64,000 bases of DNA. It comes from a virus. The stretch is taken from positions 7,813 to 71,812 of IMG/VR virus record IMGVR_UViG_3300011113_000644. One strand, 5' to 3'. Position 1 is the first letter of the stretch; each line of letters begins with the position of its first letter. Both the position numbers and the translations under genes were made by a program. The notes beneath the pieces were generated by a model. It saw nothing but the letters and a program-made list of their open reading frames with translations, made no database searches and was not told the origin of the DNA. This document shows positions 1 to 9,716 of the stretch, piece by piece.

Positions 1-3000
1 TAAATTAGTGTAAAAGATATTTTCTTCTGTTTTTTCTTGTAGAAATTTTGTTACGTACCCGTCAAGTATTGTTGTTACCGCATCCCTTGTGATTTGAGCA
101 GTATCTGAAGTTAAATTCTCACATAAACTTTCTTTTAATTTTTGTCTTTTATTTGAGTCGAGTATATTATCTGAAAATAAAGTATACATTAAATTGAAAG
201 AATCCGCGGTAACAAGTGTTGTACTATTTAAACTGTCTGTCATTGGTGTAAATATGGTATTAGTTGACCCTGATGTATATATAACTTTATTAGTTAAACA
301 AAAAGTATAAAATTGTGTCAACGAACTGTATATGACATTATAATCATTTCTGAACGCAACTTGTGTATCTTCATTATTTTCACTAATACCTGTCAAATTT
401 AATACCTCAGCATTTCCATCAGGTTTCTTTTTACCATCAATACCATAAGATATAACATCCATTTTTCTAAAAAATTGATTGTAATTAGATTCTGAATTCG
501 CAAACGCTTGAATTTTTGAACTAAGTTGGGTATATCCATTTGCTATCTTTTCTACAACAATATTGTTGAAGTTATAGGTCACTATTTCCAAATCTGAAAT
601 ATCTATGGGGTAATTGAATCTTAACACTGCCTGTATTGGGTCGTCTTGAATATTGATTAACTCTCTGAATTGTGTTCCTACTGCGGTCAAATTAGTTTGC
701 CAAGTTGAGGGCTTACCAAATATATTTAACGGTTTAGTGTTTGGTGCTTGTAATTGATTTAAGTATCCTGTGGAGTAATTTCTATTGAGACAGAGTTGTT
801 TTAGTATTCCCAAATTATAACTTGATACAACATCTTGTGCAAAATTTACAGTATTTACAAAATAATCATGAGTCTGTTCAATGAAAGTATTAAAAAATTC
901 TTGATACTTTGTTTGTCCGCTAGTATTACCGCTTAATAAATCAACTTGGTTTACAAAAGTACCAATTATGGTACCACCTAAATTACTTTGTGATGTATTA
1001 TTATTTGAAAATGGTTGTGAAACAATTGATTGTAAGAATGCATTATCAATTGCGGTTGTATCTTCAGTTGCCACCGCTCTATCATCATACATTTCAGTAT
1101 TTGCATAATAATTAAATGATAGAGCATTTTGAATTTTTTCAATCGGTTCTTTCAAACCACTACCACCTATAAAATCAAATGACATTTGAACCTTAGCAAT
1201 CATAGGTTGGACTCCAATTCCTTGTGGATTAATATCTAAACCTTCATAACTAAATTGTATCGAACTTGGGACAATTTTGGTGTTGTAGAAATCGCCGACT
1301 CTTAATACAAGTATTGGTGGTTTTCCAAAGCTTGTATTAACCACATTAGTATTTGTAACATTACCTTCATTAGTTTTGATTGGAATTGTGTTACCTGGTC
1401 TTGTACATTGATTCAAAAATACTAGTCTTGAGTTTAATCCCTCAGGGGTTATTGCGTGAAAAGCGGGATTAAAATATTTAATTTTTTCTTTAATTGACTG
1501 ATAAACGAATGGGTCAGAATCTTTAATAACATCAAAATAATTACATTCGGATAATAATTTTCTAATTAAGAATTTTGAAACTGAGCTTGGTTTGTTCGCA
1601 ACATCAGTATCTTGTTGTGGTTTTAATCCATTTTGTTGTGATTCTTGAACGGGTTGAGCGTCATTTGAAAGTGTTGGCGTGACGGTTGCACTTCTAACTC
1701 TTAAAGCCCTACAAGCCATAGCATTTGGTGAATAAACATCGTTTGGTGGTGTTAGAATATTAACACAATTAAATTCAACACCATTTGATAATGTTACAGT
1801 ATTTACCGCATCGGGTAATAATTCTATCACTATTGTACCATCATCGAAAGGAGTTTGTTTTATATTTATTGTATTTTTGAAAAAATTAATGACACTATCT
1901 AACCTTGTATTATTAATTTCGGATGAGTTGTTTGAATCTGAAAATTTTGAACCTTCCAATTGTATTTTTAATTTCCCCTTTTTTTCTTCTATTATTTTTT
2001 TCACTTCAATTGCAAACGTAGTAAGTGTATCAAAGTTTTCAGATATTATATCAAACATAGTTTGGGTTTCAGCAGAAATTGTTGGGTTTGATGAATAATA
2101 TGTATTTTTATTGTTTTGATTTAAATAATCACTGTTTTGATTATAATAATCAACTGAGGTTTGACTACCTCCGTCAAAATAAAACCCTTTATTTTTATAA
2201 TCTGTTGTAAATGTAACAGTTTCATTATTTGTGGGATTGTTGTTTGTTGTGGGAGCGATTCCATTTGCCGCACTTTGTTTCTCTTCATCTGAAGTTGTGG
2301 TACTCCCCATAACCTCTTGGTATAGAGCTGTTAAATCAGTAAAAGATAAAGTATTGAATTTAGCCGCAAGTTCGTATAAATCGTATTTTTTACATCCGGC
2401 AAAAAATGAATTAACCACACCATTAACAGTTGCAGAATCTGTTTTAGACAATTCTTTATCAACAATTAAATTTAATACAGATGGATGGTCAACAATAATT
2501 GACCAATTTAATGTACCTCCTCTTTTTGTGGTATTATAAGTATATACAGGTTCAGGTCTACCTAAAAAATTTGTACTTTCAAATTGTGGCGTTGTAGTGT
2601 CTGTAAAAGTCAAATCGTATGGTGGAAACCACATTATTCTACCACCATTAGGACCTTTCTCACAAGCCGGTAAATCATTCCAATCAGCAGTTCCTTTCCA
2701 TGCCAAATTTTCAATTGAGAACATGTATTTTTTAACGGAACCTTCTCTTGTAATGTTTGTTGAGCCATTACCTCTTAAAGGAGCAATGTTTAAATTAAAA
2801 GTTGAGTCTAATACTGAATATGAAGATTTTCTTATATTACCATTAATTATTGACCCACTATCATTTGAAACTGTTTGTTGTAAGTTATTGTAAGCGTAGT
2901 ACGGATTATCTTTTGCAAAAATTCTTCCGTATTCTTTACCAACCTCAACCCCTTTTTCGTTCACATATTTCTTAACTCTTGAACCTTTTGTAATTTCTCT

Positions 3001-4593
3001 ATACCCATCATTAAAAACTTTGGATACTTGGTTTATTGCATTTCCAGCGTGTTGTAATCTTTTAGCTCCTTTTGGTGTTGAGTCAATTAATCTTTGTGTC
3101 TCATCTAAAATTGAGCCGGGTGTAAAAACTTTTTTGTCGGTAGAAGATGCGTTAAGATAATATGAACTTATTCCATTCCCAACAAAATTTGTATAATCAC
3201 CAAAAGCAGTTTCACCCCCCGCCCCCACTTTCATACCAGCAGCACCAATTGTATCAGAAGACGCCCAAACTAAACCTCCATCGTTACTTGGTCGTTGGTC
3301 GTATGGTTTTTCCGCGAGTCCAAACTGATAATTTTTATAAACTTCACCTTCATAAACTTTTGACATTTTATCAGGACCATACACTACTGAACTTGTTTGA
3401 TTACCTAAATAATCTACAGGTGAATCTTGCGATGGAGAATTCACTTTAGATGGGTCAGTTACATCACTTCCAACATAATAATTTGTAAGTGGTGTTTCTT
3501 CACTATTGAATATTCTATTGAAAAATGAACCAATTTGTGTTTTAGTTGTGTCGTAGTTTGGTTTGAAGGTATTGTAATTTAAACTTGCAAATAATACCGA
3601 TTTTTGTCCTGAACCAGTATTATTTAAGAATTTCTTTGACGGGTTGTTATTTGGGTCGGCCGGTTTATAAAAACCGGGTAAAACTCTATCTAATAATTGT
3701 CTTACAGTCCCTCTTTTGTTGTCAGGTTCATTAAAATAACTACCTTCTATTGGTGACGATGGTAGAAGGGTTCCTCCCATTTTTTGAATAAGGTACTTCG
3801 CTTGGTCAAAAACTCCATCAGGTACTGTTATTGTCCAATTTTTTTGAACTAAGGTTTCTTGTCCTGTGGCAAGTTCAGCTATCGAAAAAGGATTAGTTAA
3901 AGCTTGGAAATTGGCTCTACCAGCCGTGTTTCTATAAATTTCTCGGTCAATGTTTGCCTGAATTTGAAATTCTAAATAATTCGCAGATAATTGTGATAAA
4001 TATGAATCTTGACTTAGATTACTATTTCCCTTTAATACGTCGTCAACAGTGAAAACAGAATTTATAAAATTTGGATAAACACCCTTTGATTTACCGTTTA
4101 ATATTAAAGGATTATCACTAACAAAGAATAAACTATTATACCCTTCTTCTGACACATATTTGTTTAATATGGATATAGTATCAATACTCAGTTCATTCAC
4201 TATGTCCATATTGGTTTCCGTTAATGGCCAATACGGTTGGTTATTTGAAATTGAAAACGAAGTTCCGTCATTAAGAGTTATACCTCCGTCCGATTGGTTT
4301 TGATTAGGTAAGGATATCACATCCGCAATATCAATTCTGTAGTCAGGTCCACCAGGACCATAGGAGTTATATCTTGTGGCCTCCTCAACAGTTTTGTTTT
4401 TTCCATCAACAGTCTCACTTATATTTTGAGAATCATTAACGTAACTATTTTGGAAATTTATTGTTACAACTTCTTCTATGTTTGGATTGTTTTGGGAGAA
4501 GTACCCTGTCAAATTATAAGGTGACAAATTTCTACCTAACAAAACATTTCTGAATTGCTCTGAGCCTTGGAACGATAGTAGATTTTCTCCCAT
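1..4593 (-). CDS. Large baseplate hub / tail-tube-initiator-like protein with inserted OmpA-like domain (runs off the left edge, >1531 aa)
   Basis: Not in ORF track because it has no stop in the window. ATG at 4593 (MGENLLSFQGSEQFRNVLLGRNL); the segments I translated and the left edge (...TEENIFYTNL) are open in this frame. Motifs RIMWFPPYDL, FLGRPEPVYTYNTTKR, LNSRLVFLNQCTRP, PPILVLRVGDFYNTKI; lies directly downstream of the tape measure gene. Confidence 0.75.
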   Translation of the reverse strand, partial: MGENLLSFQGSEQFRNVLLGRNLSPYNLTGYFSQNNPNIEEVVTINFQNSYVNDSQNISETVDGKNKTVEEATRYNSYGPGGPDYRIDIADVISLPNQNQSDGGITLNDGTSFSISNNQPYWPLTETNMDIVNELSIDTISILNKYVSEEGYNSLFFVSDNPLILNGKSKGVYPNFINSVFTVDDVLKGNSNLSQDSYLSQLSANYLEFQIQANIDREIYRNTAGRANFQALTNPFSIAELATGQETLVQKNWTITVPDGVFDQAKYLIQKMGGTLLPSSPIEGSYFNEPDNKRGTVRQLLDRVLPGFYKPADPNNNPSKKFLNNTGSGQKSVLFASLNYNTFKPNYDTTKTQIGSFFNRIFNSEETPLTNYYVGSDVTDPSKVNSPSQDSPVDYLGNQTSSVVYGPDKMSKVYEGEVYKNYQFGLAEKPYDQRPSNDGGLVWASSDTIGAAGMKVGAGGETAFGDYTNFVGNGISSYYLNASSTDKKVFTPGSILDETQRLIDSTPKGAKRLQHAGNAINQVSKVFNDGYREITKGSRVKKYVNEKGVEVGKEYGRIFAKDNPYYAYNNLQQTVSNDSGSIINGNIRKSSYSVLDSTFNLNIAPLRGNGSTNITREGSVKKYMFSIENLAWKGTADWNDLPACEKGPNGGRIMWFPPYDLTFTDTTTPQFESTNFLGRPEPVYTYNTTKRGGTLNWSIIVDHPSVLNLIVDKELSKTDSATVNGVVNSFFAGCKKYDLYELAAKFNTLSFTDLTALYQEVMGSTTTSDEEKQSAANGIAPTTNNNPTNNETVTFTTDYKNKGFYFDGGSQTSVDYYNQNSDYLNQNNKNTYYSSNPTISAETQTMFDIISENFDTLTTFAIEVKKIIEEKKGKLKIQLEGSKFSDSNNSSEINNTRLDSVINFFKNTINIKQTPFDDGTIVIELLPDAVNTVTLSNGVEFNCVNILTPPNDVYSPNAMACRALRVRSATVTPTLSNDAQPVQESQQNGLKPQQDTDVANKPSSVSKFLIRKLLSECNYFDVIKDSDPFVYQSIKEKIKYFNPAFHAITPEGLNSRLVFLNQCTRPGNTIPIKTNEGNVTNTNVVNTSFGKPPILVLRVGDFYNTKIVPSSIQFSYEGLDINPQGIGVQPMIAKVQMSFDFIGGSGLKEPIEKIQNALSFNYYANTEMYDDRAVATEDTTAIDNAFLQSIVSQPFSNNNTSQSNLGGTIIGTFVNQVDLLSGNTSGQTKYQEFFNTFIEQTHDYFVNTVNFAQDVVSSYNLGILKQLCLNRNYSTGYLNQLQAPNTKPLNIFGKPSTWQTNLTAVGTQFRELINIQDDPIQAVLRFNYPIDISDLEIVTYNFNNIVVEKIANGYTQLSSKIQAFANSESNYNQFFRKMDVISYGIDGKKKPDGNAEVLNLTGISENNEDTQVAFRNDYNVIYSSLTQFYTFCLTNKVIYTSGSTNTIFTPMTDSLNSTTLVTADSFNLMYTLFSDNILDSNKRQKLKESLCENLTSDTAQITRDAVTTILDGYVTKFLQEKTEENIFYTNL

Positions 4594-4630
4594 TTATATC
4601 TTTATTTATAAATAGAAACAATTGGATTTT

Positions 4631-7249
4631 TTAAGCGATTGAAATTTGCTCAACGTAGTTTTGATATGGGTTGTCTGAGTCCACTTGATAATTACTTTTT
4701 TTAATTTCTAAACTTTGAATGATTTTTGACTTAAATCTATCGTCGTTTTGAAATTTATCAGCAATTTGTTGTAAAGCTTGGTTATTACCTTCAGCCTTGA
4801 AAGTGATTGTGATTTGATGGTTTATTTTGGTTTCTCTTGGTGTTGTGGTGGTTTCTACTTCTTTAGGTTTATTTAAAACCTCATTTACAGGTAATGTTTG
4901 TTTGACAGGTTCAACAACTTTTGGTATTGTAATTGAATTTATAATTCTTCCAATTTCTTCAATTGGCATATCAAATCCTTTATCTAAAGTTTGTGATAAT
5001 TGTGTAATTTCATTATTTAGATTTTGATTTACAACTGTTTCATTTATATTTTTTGTATTTACTACATTTTGAGTATTTTTGGTATTAAATAAATTTTCAG
5101 TACTCTGAATTATTTCAGGTAGTTCGTTACTAAATGATTTTGTAAAATTTTCAACAAAACTTGTTAATTGTGTATTTGTATTTTGAATTAAGTTATTTTG
5201 ATTTGTTATATTTGTTTCATTGGTGTTTTGTTCTCCGAGTATCTTAAATTCATTTCTTAACATTTCCATTAACTCTCTTTGTTGATTAATTACTTCAACT
5301 TTAGGGTTAACATTTATTGCCAATTTTTCAATTGAGTCACTCAAATCTAATATTTCATTAGAAATTGTTTGAATTGTTTTTTCTTGGTTGGTAGTATTAT
5401 AATTAATATTAGTTGGTTGAGTTGTTTTAGACATTAATTGACTATATATTCTGACTATAGATTCTTCATTAATTAAATTTGTTTGTGGTAATTCTTGTCC
5501 AAGTTTTAAAGTATTAATTGCTGAAATTATACTTTGACTAAAATCAGGTATTTCTATCTTTGGTATTAAAATTTCTTGAGTCTGAGGTGTTTCTGTATTA
5601 ATATTTTCTTTTTGAGCAAAGACTACTAAATCATTTTTGTCTTTATTAATAACCTGATTTTGTTCGGGGAAATACACCGCATCTTTTACCACTTTTTTAT
5701 TGGGCGTTGTTCCGTGAGTGTCAAATATATTTTTACCAATTTCAGCAAGATTTCCACCAAATTTTAACAATTCTTTCGCAGCATCTGATGCAGCATCCCC
5801 TAAAGCAACAAAGTTTATCTCATCATTTTTTATATATTGTCTTTGTTGAGCTAACACACCAGCGTTATATTGATTTTCTTGTCCTTTATACCCACCCTTA
5901 ACTTCAGGTTGATATAAACTTTGTTGTGCTTCTGCATAAATATTCACACCAGTTGCCGCCTTTTCCAAAACTTTTTGTCCATCTTTAGTTGAAGCGATTT
6001 GTAATCCCAAAGATTTTGTCATCGCCTCTAAATTGGCGGCCATAAGACCAGTAACTCCAAGTTGTTCTTTTGCCAAATCCATCATTTTTTCCTCAGTTGT
6101 TTTACCAGCTTCTTCTTCTAAACCTGAAATATATTTTTGTAAACCTCCAATATCACCTGAATAACTTTCTAATAATTTTTGAACCGATACTAAATCACCA
6201 TTTTTTGTAGTTATTGTATACTCACCAGTATCTTTATCTAATGTTGCAAGATTTGCAATTGCGCTTTTTGTATCTTCACTTATATCATTAAAACCACTAA
6301 AATCAATGTCCGCCAATTTTTTATCTAAACTTGCAGTCCCCAATGCCATTTTTTCAATTTCAGATTGTGGTATTTGTAATTCCTTTGCAAGTTCCCTTAT
6401 TTTCCCTTTAGCGTCAGGAAAAAATTCAAAAGCTTGTGTTTCCTCGTTAAAGAAAGTATATTGTTTAAATAAACCACTCAATTGATTTTGTAACTCAGGC
6501 ACATTGTTTTGAGCCAAATCCATCAGTTTTAATGGGTCAATTAAATCGGATGATACATTCCCCAATCTTTGGAGTGCGGCAGACATGTTAATCGCATCCT
6601 CAGGATTTAACATTTTTTCAGCAAAATCCAAAGTTTGTTTCATGTCAATCCTTAACATTGCAGCCTTTGCTGCCATTTTTGCTAAACCATCAACACCATT
6701 TACAAAGTTAAATCTGTTAAGTTGTTCCAAGTTGTTAACCACATTTTTACTAACAACTTGTGATGAAACACCCATGTCTCTTGCAATTTTTGCAGTGTTG
6801 TACATTTGTTCAGTAATATGAGTGATTGACATACCGGCTTTATCAAAACCGTCTAATAATTCTCCCGCAGCAACTCCTGCAACTTTTGTTGTTGCGTAAA
6901 GTTTAGCATACATATCCTCACTTAAAACAATATTTTTGTTAAACTGATTTACAACTTCATTCTGTAATGCGGTAGCGGATTTGATGTCTCCTCCTAATTT
7001 TAAAACCGCATAAGCTCCTTTAGATAAGTTATCCTTAATCGCAGCAGAGTAACCTACACCAACACCCATGTTTTGCATGATTGAATTGAATTGTTTGTCA
7101 ATATCAACCATTGTATCAGGTATTGATGTAAAAATTTCCGCAGTGTCTTTAGCGATTTGTGCAGCTAACTTTACAGGTCTTAAAAGGTTTGTTAACCTTT
7201 CAGTTTCATCAACGTTATTTGTCGTAGCTTGAAAATGGAATAACATCAT
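4631..7249 (-). CDS. Tape measure protein (putative)
   Basis: 872 aa, Ala/Leu/Gln-rich helical N-terminal two-thirds, N/Q/T-rich C-terminus; canonical position after tube and chaperone genes. Confidence 0.7.
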   Translation of the reverse strand: MMLFHFQATTNNVDETERLTNLLRPVKLAAQIAKDTAEIFTSIPDTMVDIDKQFNSIMQNMGVGVGYSAAIKDNLSKGAYAVLKLGGDIKSATALQNEVVNQFNKNIVLSEDMYAKLYATTKVAGVAAGELLDGFDKAGMSITHITEQMYNTAKIARDMGVSSQVVSKNVVNNLEQLNRFNFVNGVDGLAKMAAKAAMLRIDMKQTLDFAEKMLNPEDAINMSAALQRLGNVSSDLIDPLKLMDLAQNNVPELQNQLSGLFKQYTFFNEETQAFEFFPDAKGKIRELAKELQIPQSEIEKMALGTASLDKKLADIDFSGFNDISEDTKSAIANLATLDKDTGEYTITTKNGDLVSVQKLLESYSGDIGGLQKYISGLEEEAGKTTEEKMMDLAKEQLGVTGLMAANLEAMTKSLGLQIASTKDGQKVLEKAATGVNIYAEAQQSLYQPEVKGGYKGQENQYNAGVLAQQRQYIKNDEINFVALGDAASDAAKELLKFGGNLAEIGKNIFDTHGTTPNKKVVKDAVYFPEQNQVINKDKNDLVVFAQKENINTETPQTQEILIPKIEIPDFSQSIISAINTLKLGQELPQTNLINEESIVRIYSQLMSKTTQPTNINYNTTNQEKTIQTISNEILDLSDSIEKLAINVNPKVEVINQQRELMEMLRNEFKILGEQNTNETNITNQNNLIQNTNTQLTSFVENFTKSFSNELPEIIQSTENLFNTKNTQNVVNTKNINETVVNQNLNNEITQLSQTLDKGFDMPIEEIGRIINSITIPKVVEPVKQTLPVNEVLNKPKEVETTTTPRETKINHQITITFKAEGNNQALQQIADKFQNDDRFKSKIIQSLEIKKSNYQVDSDNPYQNYVEQISIA

Positions 7250-7410
7250 TATGTTTTAGGTGTATTAATTTCTATGACTTTATCCACAAGATATCGTCTT
7301 TGATAAATAGGCATAGACAAAAAATCTGAATAGGATGTATTCAAATATTTTGATAGTAAGATGTATTGGTCTAATAAATAAACTACGTAATCAGAAGAAA
7401 GGGCGAAAAA
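7249..7410 (-). CDS. Unannotated ~53-codon reading frame, probable frameshift extension of the tail chaperone (gpT / gp51-like)
   Basis: +1 frame relative to 7391..8143 reads FFALSSDYVVYLLDQYILLSKYLNTSYSDFLSMPIYQRRYLVDKVIEINTPKT*; its TAA overlaps the tape measure ATG (TAATG, 7251-7247). Confidence 0.65.
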   Translation of the reverse strand, partial: FFALSSDYVVYLLDQYILLSKYLNTSYSDFLSMPIYQRRYLVDKVIEINTPKT

Positions 7411-8143
7411 ACTCCGCCCCAAAGGTAATACGGGTGAGTACCTTTTTTCCAGACGGGGCTATAATTTCTCTTGTTAAGTCTACTCTTGGTTCATTCCTAT
7501 CAATAAAGTTTTTAATAAACTTTGAGTCCATGATAGGCATTTGCTCTAAAAATTTAGCAATAGTACCCAATTCTCTATTACCATTTAACTCAATAATTTG
7601 TTTTTGAAGTCTCCAAGTAACTGTTGGTGGAACTAATCCTTTTGGGTAATTTTCTAACTGTCTTGCAAGTTCCAAACTTTCACCAAATGTTAAAGGTTTT
7701 AATTTAACTTGAGCATTTGATTTTGGTAAAACAGTTGTAAAACTACCATCTTCATCTGGTTCAACTTCAGGTTTAATAAAATTTAGTTCAGTAAGTAATA
7801 TTGTCGCTTCAAATTGTTTACCTGTTTCAGGGTCAGTCAAATTAAAAGTATATTCAGGACCAAAAGAAGAATTTCTTAAAAATATCAAAATTACTTCCAA
7901 GTCACCGTCTAATAAATCTTCTGGTTTCAAATCAGGTTCATATAATTTAGTACGGACAAGTTGAGCAATTAAACCTTCCCCTCCATTTTTAGTTGCATTA
8001 ACCAAAATATTTTCATCAGATGCGGTTAAATAACCGACTTTAACTGATTTCTTTTTATTTTTATAATATCTTCCCCCACTTGGTAGAGTTATTACATCGT
8101 GTGGTAGATTAAAACCTTCTTGACTATATTGATTGTTTTCCAT
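7391..8143 (-). CDS. Tail assembly chaperone / T4 gp26-like baseplate hub assembly protein
   Basis: ITLPSGG, LTASDENIL, LLDGDLEVILIFLR..SFGPEY and C-terminal FFRP; located between tube and tape measure genes. Confidence 0.75.
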   Translation of the reverse strand: MENNQYSQEGFNLPHDVITLPSGGRYYKNKKKSVKVGYLTASDENILVNATKNGGEGLIAQLVRTKLYEPDLKPEDLLDGDLEVILIFLRNSSFGPEYTFNLTDPETGKQFEATILLTELNFIKPEVEPDEDGSFTTVLPKSNAQVKLKPLTFGESLELARQLENYPKGLVPPTVTWRLQKQIIELNGNRELGTIAKFLEQMPIMDSKFIKNFIDRNEPRVDLTREIIAPSGKKVLTRITFGAEFFRPFF

Positions 8144-8161
8144 AAATCTTTTTTAAATAAA

Positions 8162-8184
8162 AAATCCACACAATGTGTGGATTT
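8162..8184 (-). terminator. Intrinsic terminator-like hairpin downstream of tail tube gene
   Basis: AAATCCACA-CAATG-TGTGGATTT perfect inverted repeat with a U-rich tail on the minus strand. Confidence 0.65.
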
Positions 8185-8205
8185 GTAAATAGTATTTTGA
8201 TTATA

Positions 8206-8697
8206 TTAGAATAATAAGATACATCTGTCAGGACGAAGAGTTGCTTGAATTTTAGCTAATCCGTCTTGAGCGTAATCTAAACTTTGGAAATCTACGTTTG
8301 TTAAGAAACAACTTTGTAATAACCATTTTTCGATTACAACTCCTGTAGGGTCTAACATTTCCAAATTAATGTCCTTCTTATAACCCGCAGCATATCCCAT
8401 ACGACCTGTTACAGACTCGGCATGTAGACGAACCCATTCCATAAGAGCTTGAGCCGCTGATGGACCTATTGGGTCACGGAAGGTTACATTTATTTCACCC
8501 CACTCAAACATACCAGCAACATAGGTTTTGGTGTTCAAAAATGGAATTTCAGTACTTTTAATAGTAATTTTTGGACGTGATGTAGACTCAACATACCACT
8601 CATTGATACCCAATGTAGTGTCCACCCATCTCATTATAAATCGGTTTTGCCTTTTGGGTTCGTAAGGTACCGGCATTTGCATTAGTAAATCAGCCAT
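8206..8697 (-). CDS. Tail tube protein (T4 gp19-like)
   Basis: 163 aa; EPKRQNRF, EWGEINVTFRDPI, YKKDINLEMLDPTGVVIEKW motifs; downstream of sheath. Confidence 0.9.
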   Translation of the reverse strand: MADLLMQMPVPYEPKRQNRFIMRWVDTTLGINEWYVESTSRPKITIKSTEIPFLNTKTYVAGMFEWGEINVTFRDPIGPSAAQALMEWVRLHAESVTGRMGYAAGYKKDINLEMLDPTGVVIEKWLLQSCFLTNVDFQSLDYAQDGLAKIQATLRPDRCILLF

Positions 8698-8815
8698 GTC
8701 TATTCTTTTTTAATTTTTTCTTTTATTTATTTATAAATATCGTCTTGTATTAATTTTTCTATTTACTTTGAATTTTTTTTAAAACATACTTACTATAAGA
8801 CCAGTAATTATTATT

Positions 8816-9649
8816 TTATTTATTATATGGTTTTTTTTCACCTCCATGTGTAGAATAAAGTTGATAAATATTTTCTGGGTCTTGTTTCAATTCTTTATCT
8901 AACGTTTCTAAATTCCTTAAATCGTCATCTGAAAATCCAATAGTTGGTACAAAATTATTTGATATGTCATTTTTCATATACGGAGACCCTCCTATTTTTT
9001 GTGAAATACTTTTCACATAATCTTGAAACTCTTTAGCGGCTTTTACTTTTAACTCTTCAGGTTTGGCAGCCGAACCCTGCCCAAATGTGACAGGATAATA
9101 TCTACAAAGTTTAAAAACATAAAAATCAACTAATCTGTCGTCAGACACATTCGGGTTTTGTTGAGCAATTTTATTATATTTTCTCAAGTTCCAAACTAAT
9201 TCCTTTTCAGATAAACCGTTGACATTACCTTCTATTAATTTTCTAACTGACAATGCTAATGTTTTTGGGTTATGCCCCCTTGCAGTCACAATTGCAAATA
9301 CAGACCCACCGTTTACACACTCCACAAAATCATTCCATGCCGGACCTGTTTTTGCAACCATTGAGTCAACCAAAAATCTTTTGTCACCCTTCACACCAAA
9401 ATTTCTAAAAGGGTCTTCGGCAAAACCTACAATATTTTTTCCTTTATATTTAAAGGGATTTTTTCCTACGTCAACTCTATACTCAGCAAAATCTTCTGTC
9501 CCCATACCCACTTCATTTCCTTTATCATCTTTTAAAACAATCTTAGTTGGCATATACATTAAATTGTCATCCCAATCAAAGGCATAATACTTCATGTCAG
9601 GGGTTAATTTTTCCTTATCGCCAAAACCCTCTAAAATAATCAAATTCAT
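8816..9649 (-). CDS. HAD-superfamily hydrolase
   Basis: Motif I FDWDDN, motif II IVTARGH, conserved Lys, motif IV GFSDDD. Confidence 0.7.
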   Translation of the reverse strand: MNLIILEGFGDKEKLTPDMKYYAFDWDDNLMYMPTKIVLKDDKGNEVGMGTEDFAEYRVDVGKNPFKYKGKNIVGFAEDPFRNFGVKGDKRFLVDSMVAKTGPAWNDFVECVNGGSVFAIVTARGHNPKTLALSVRKLIEGNVNGLSEKELVWNLRKYNKIAQQNPNVSDDRLVDFYVFKLCRYYPVTFGQGSAAKPEELKVKAAKEFQDYVKSISQKIGGSPYMKNDISNNFVPTIGFSDDDLRNLETLDKELKQDPENIYQLYSTHGGEKKPYNK

Positions 9650-9672
9650 AATGATAAATATTTGTAAAAATA

Positions 9673-9700
9673 AAAAACCCCCACAAGTGTGAGGGTTTTT
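9673..9700 (-). terminator. Intrinsic terminator after tail sheath gene
   Basis: Minus strand ACCCTCAC-ACTT-GTGGGGGT followed by a U-tract. Confidence 0.75.
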
Positions 9701-9716
9701 AATAAATCTATGTATT

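Noticed and set aside
1877-3449. Short plus-strand ORFs in the ORF track
   Set aside because: They are antisense shadows of the large minus-strand gene 1..4593.
4603-4614. T4-type TATAAATA late promoter
   Set aside because: Occurs here as part of a palindrome; at the other sites the sense-strand motif is consistently TATTTAT.
7442-7448. Canonical A_AAA_AAG -1 slippery heptamer near the chaperone 3' end
   Set aside because: The -1 frame stops at TAG 7385-7383 and never reaches the downstream protein-like frame, which is +1/-2.
8762-8790. Plus-strand TTTACT-N17-CATACT promoter-like sequence antisense to the HAD gene
   Set aside because: No plausible downstream sense ORF and such matches are common in AT-rich DNA; cannot be supported without transcript data.
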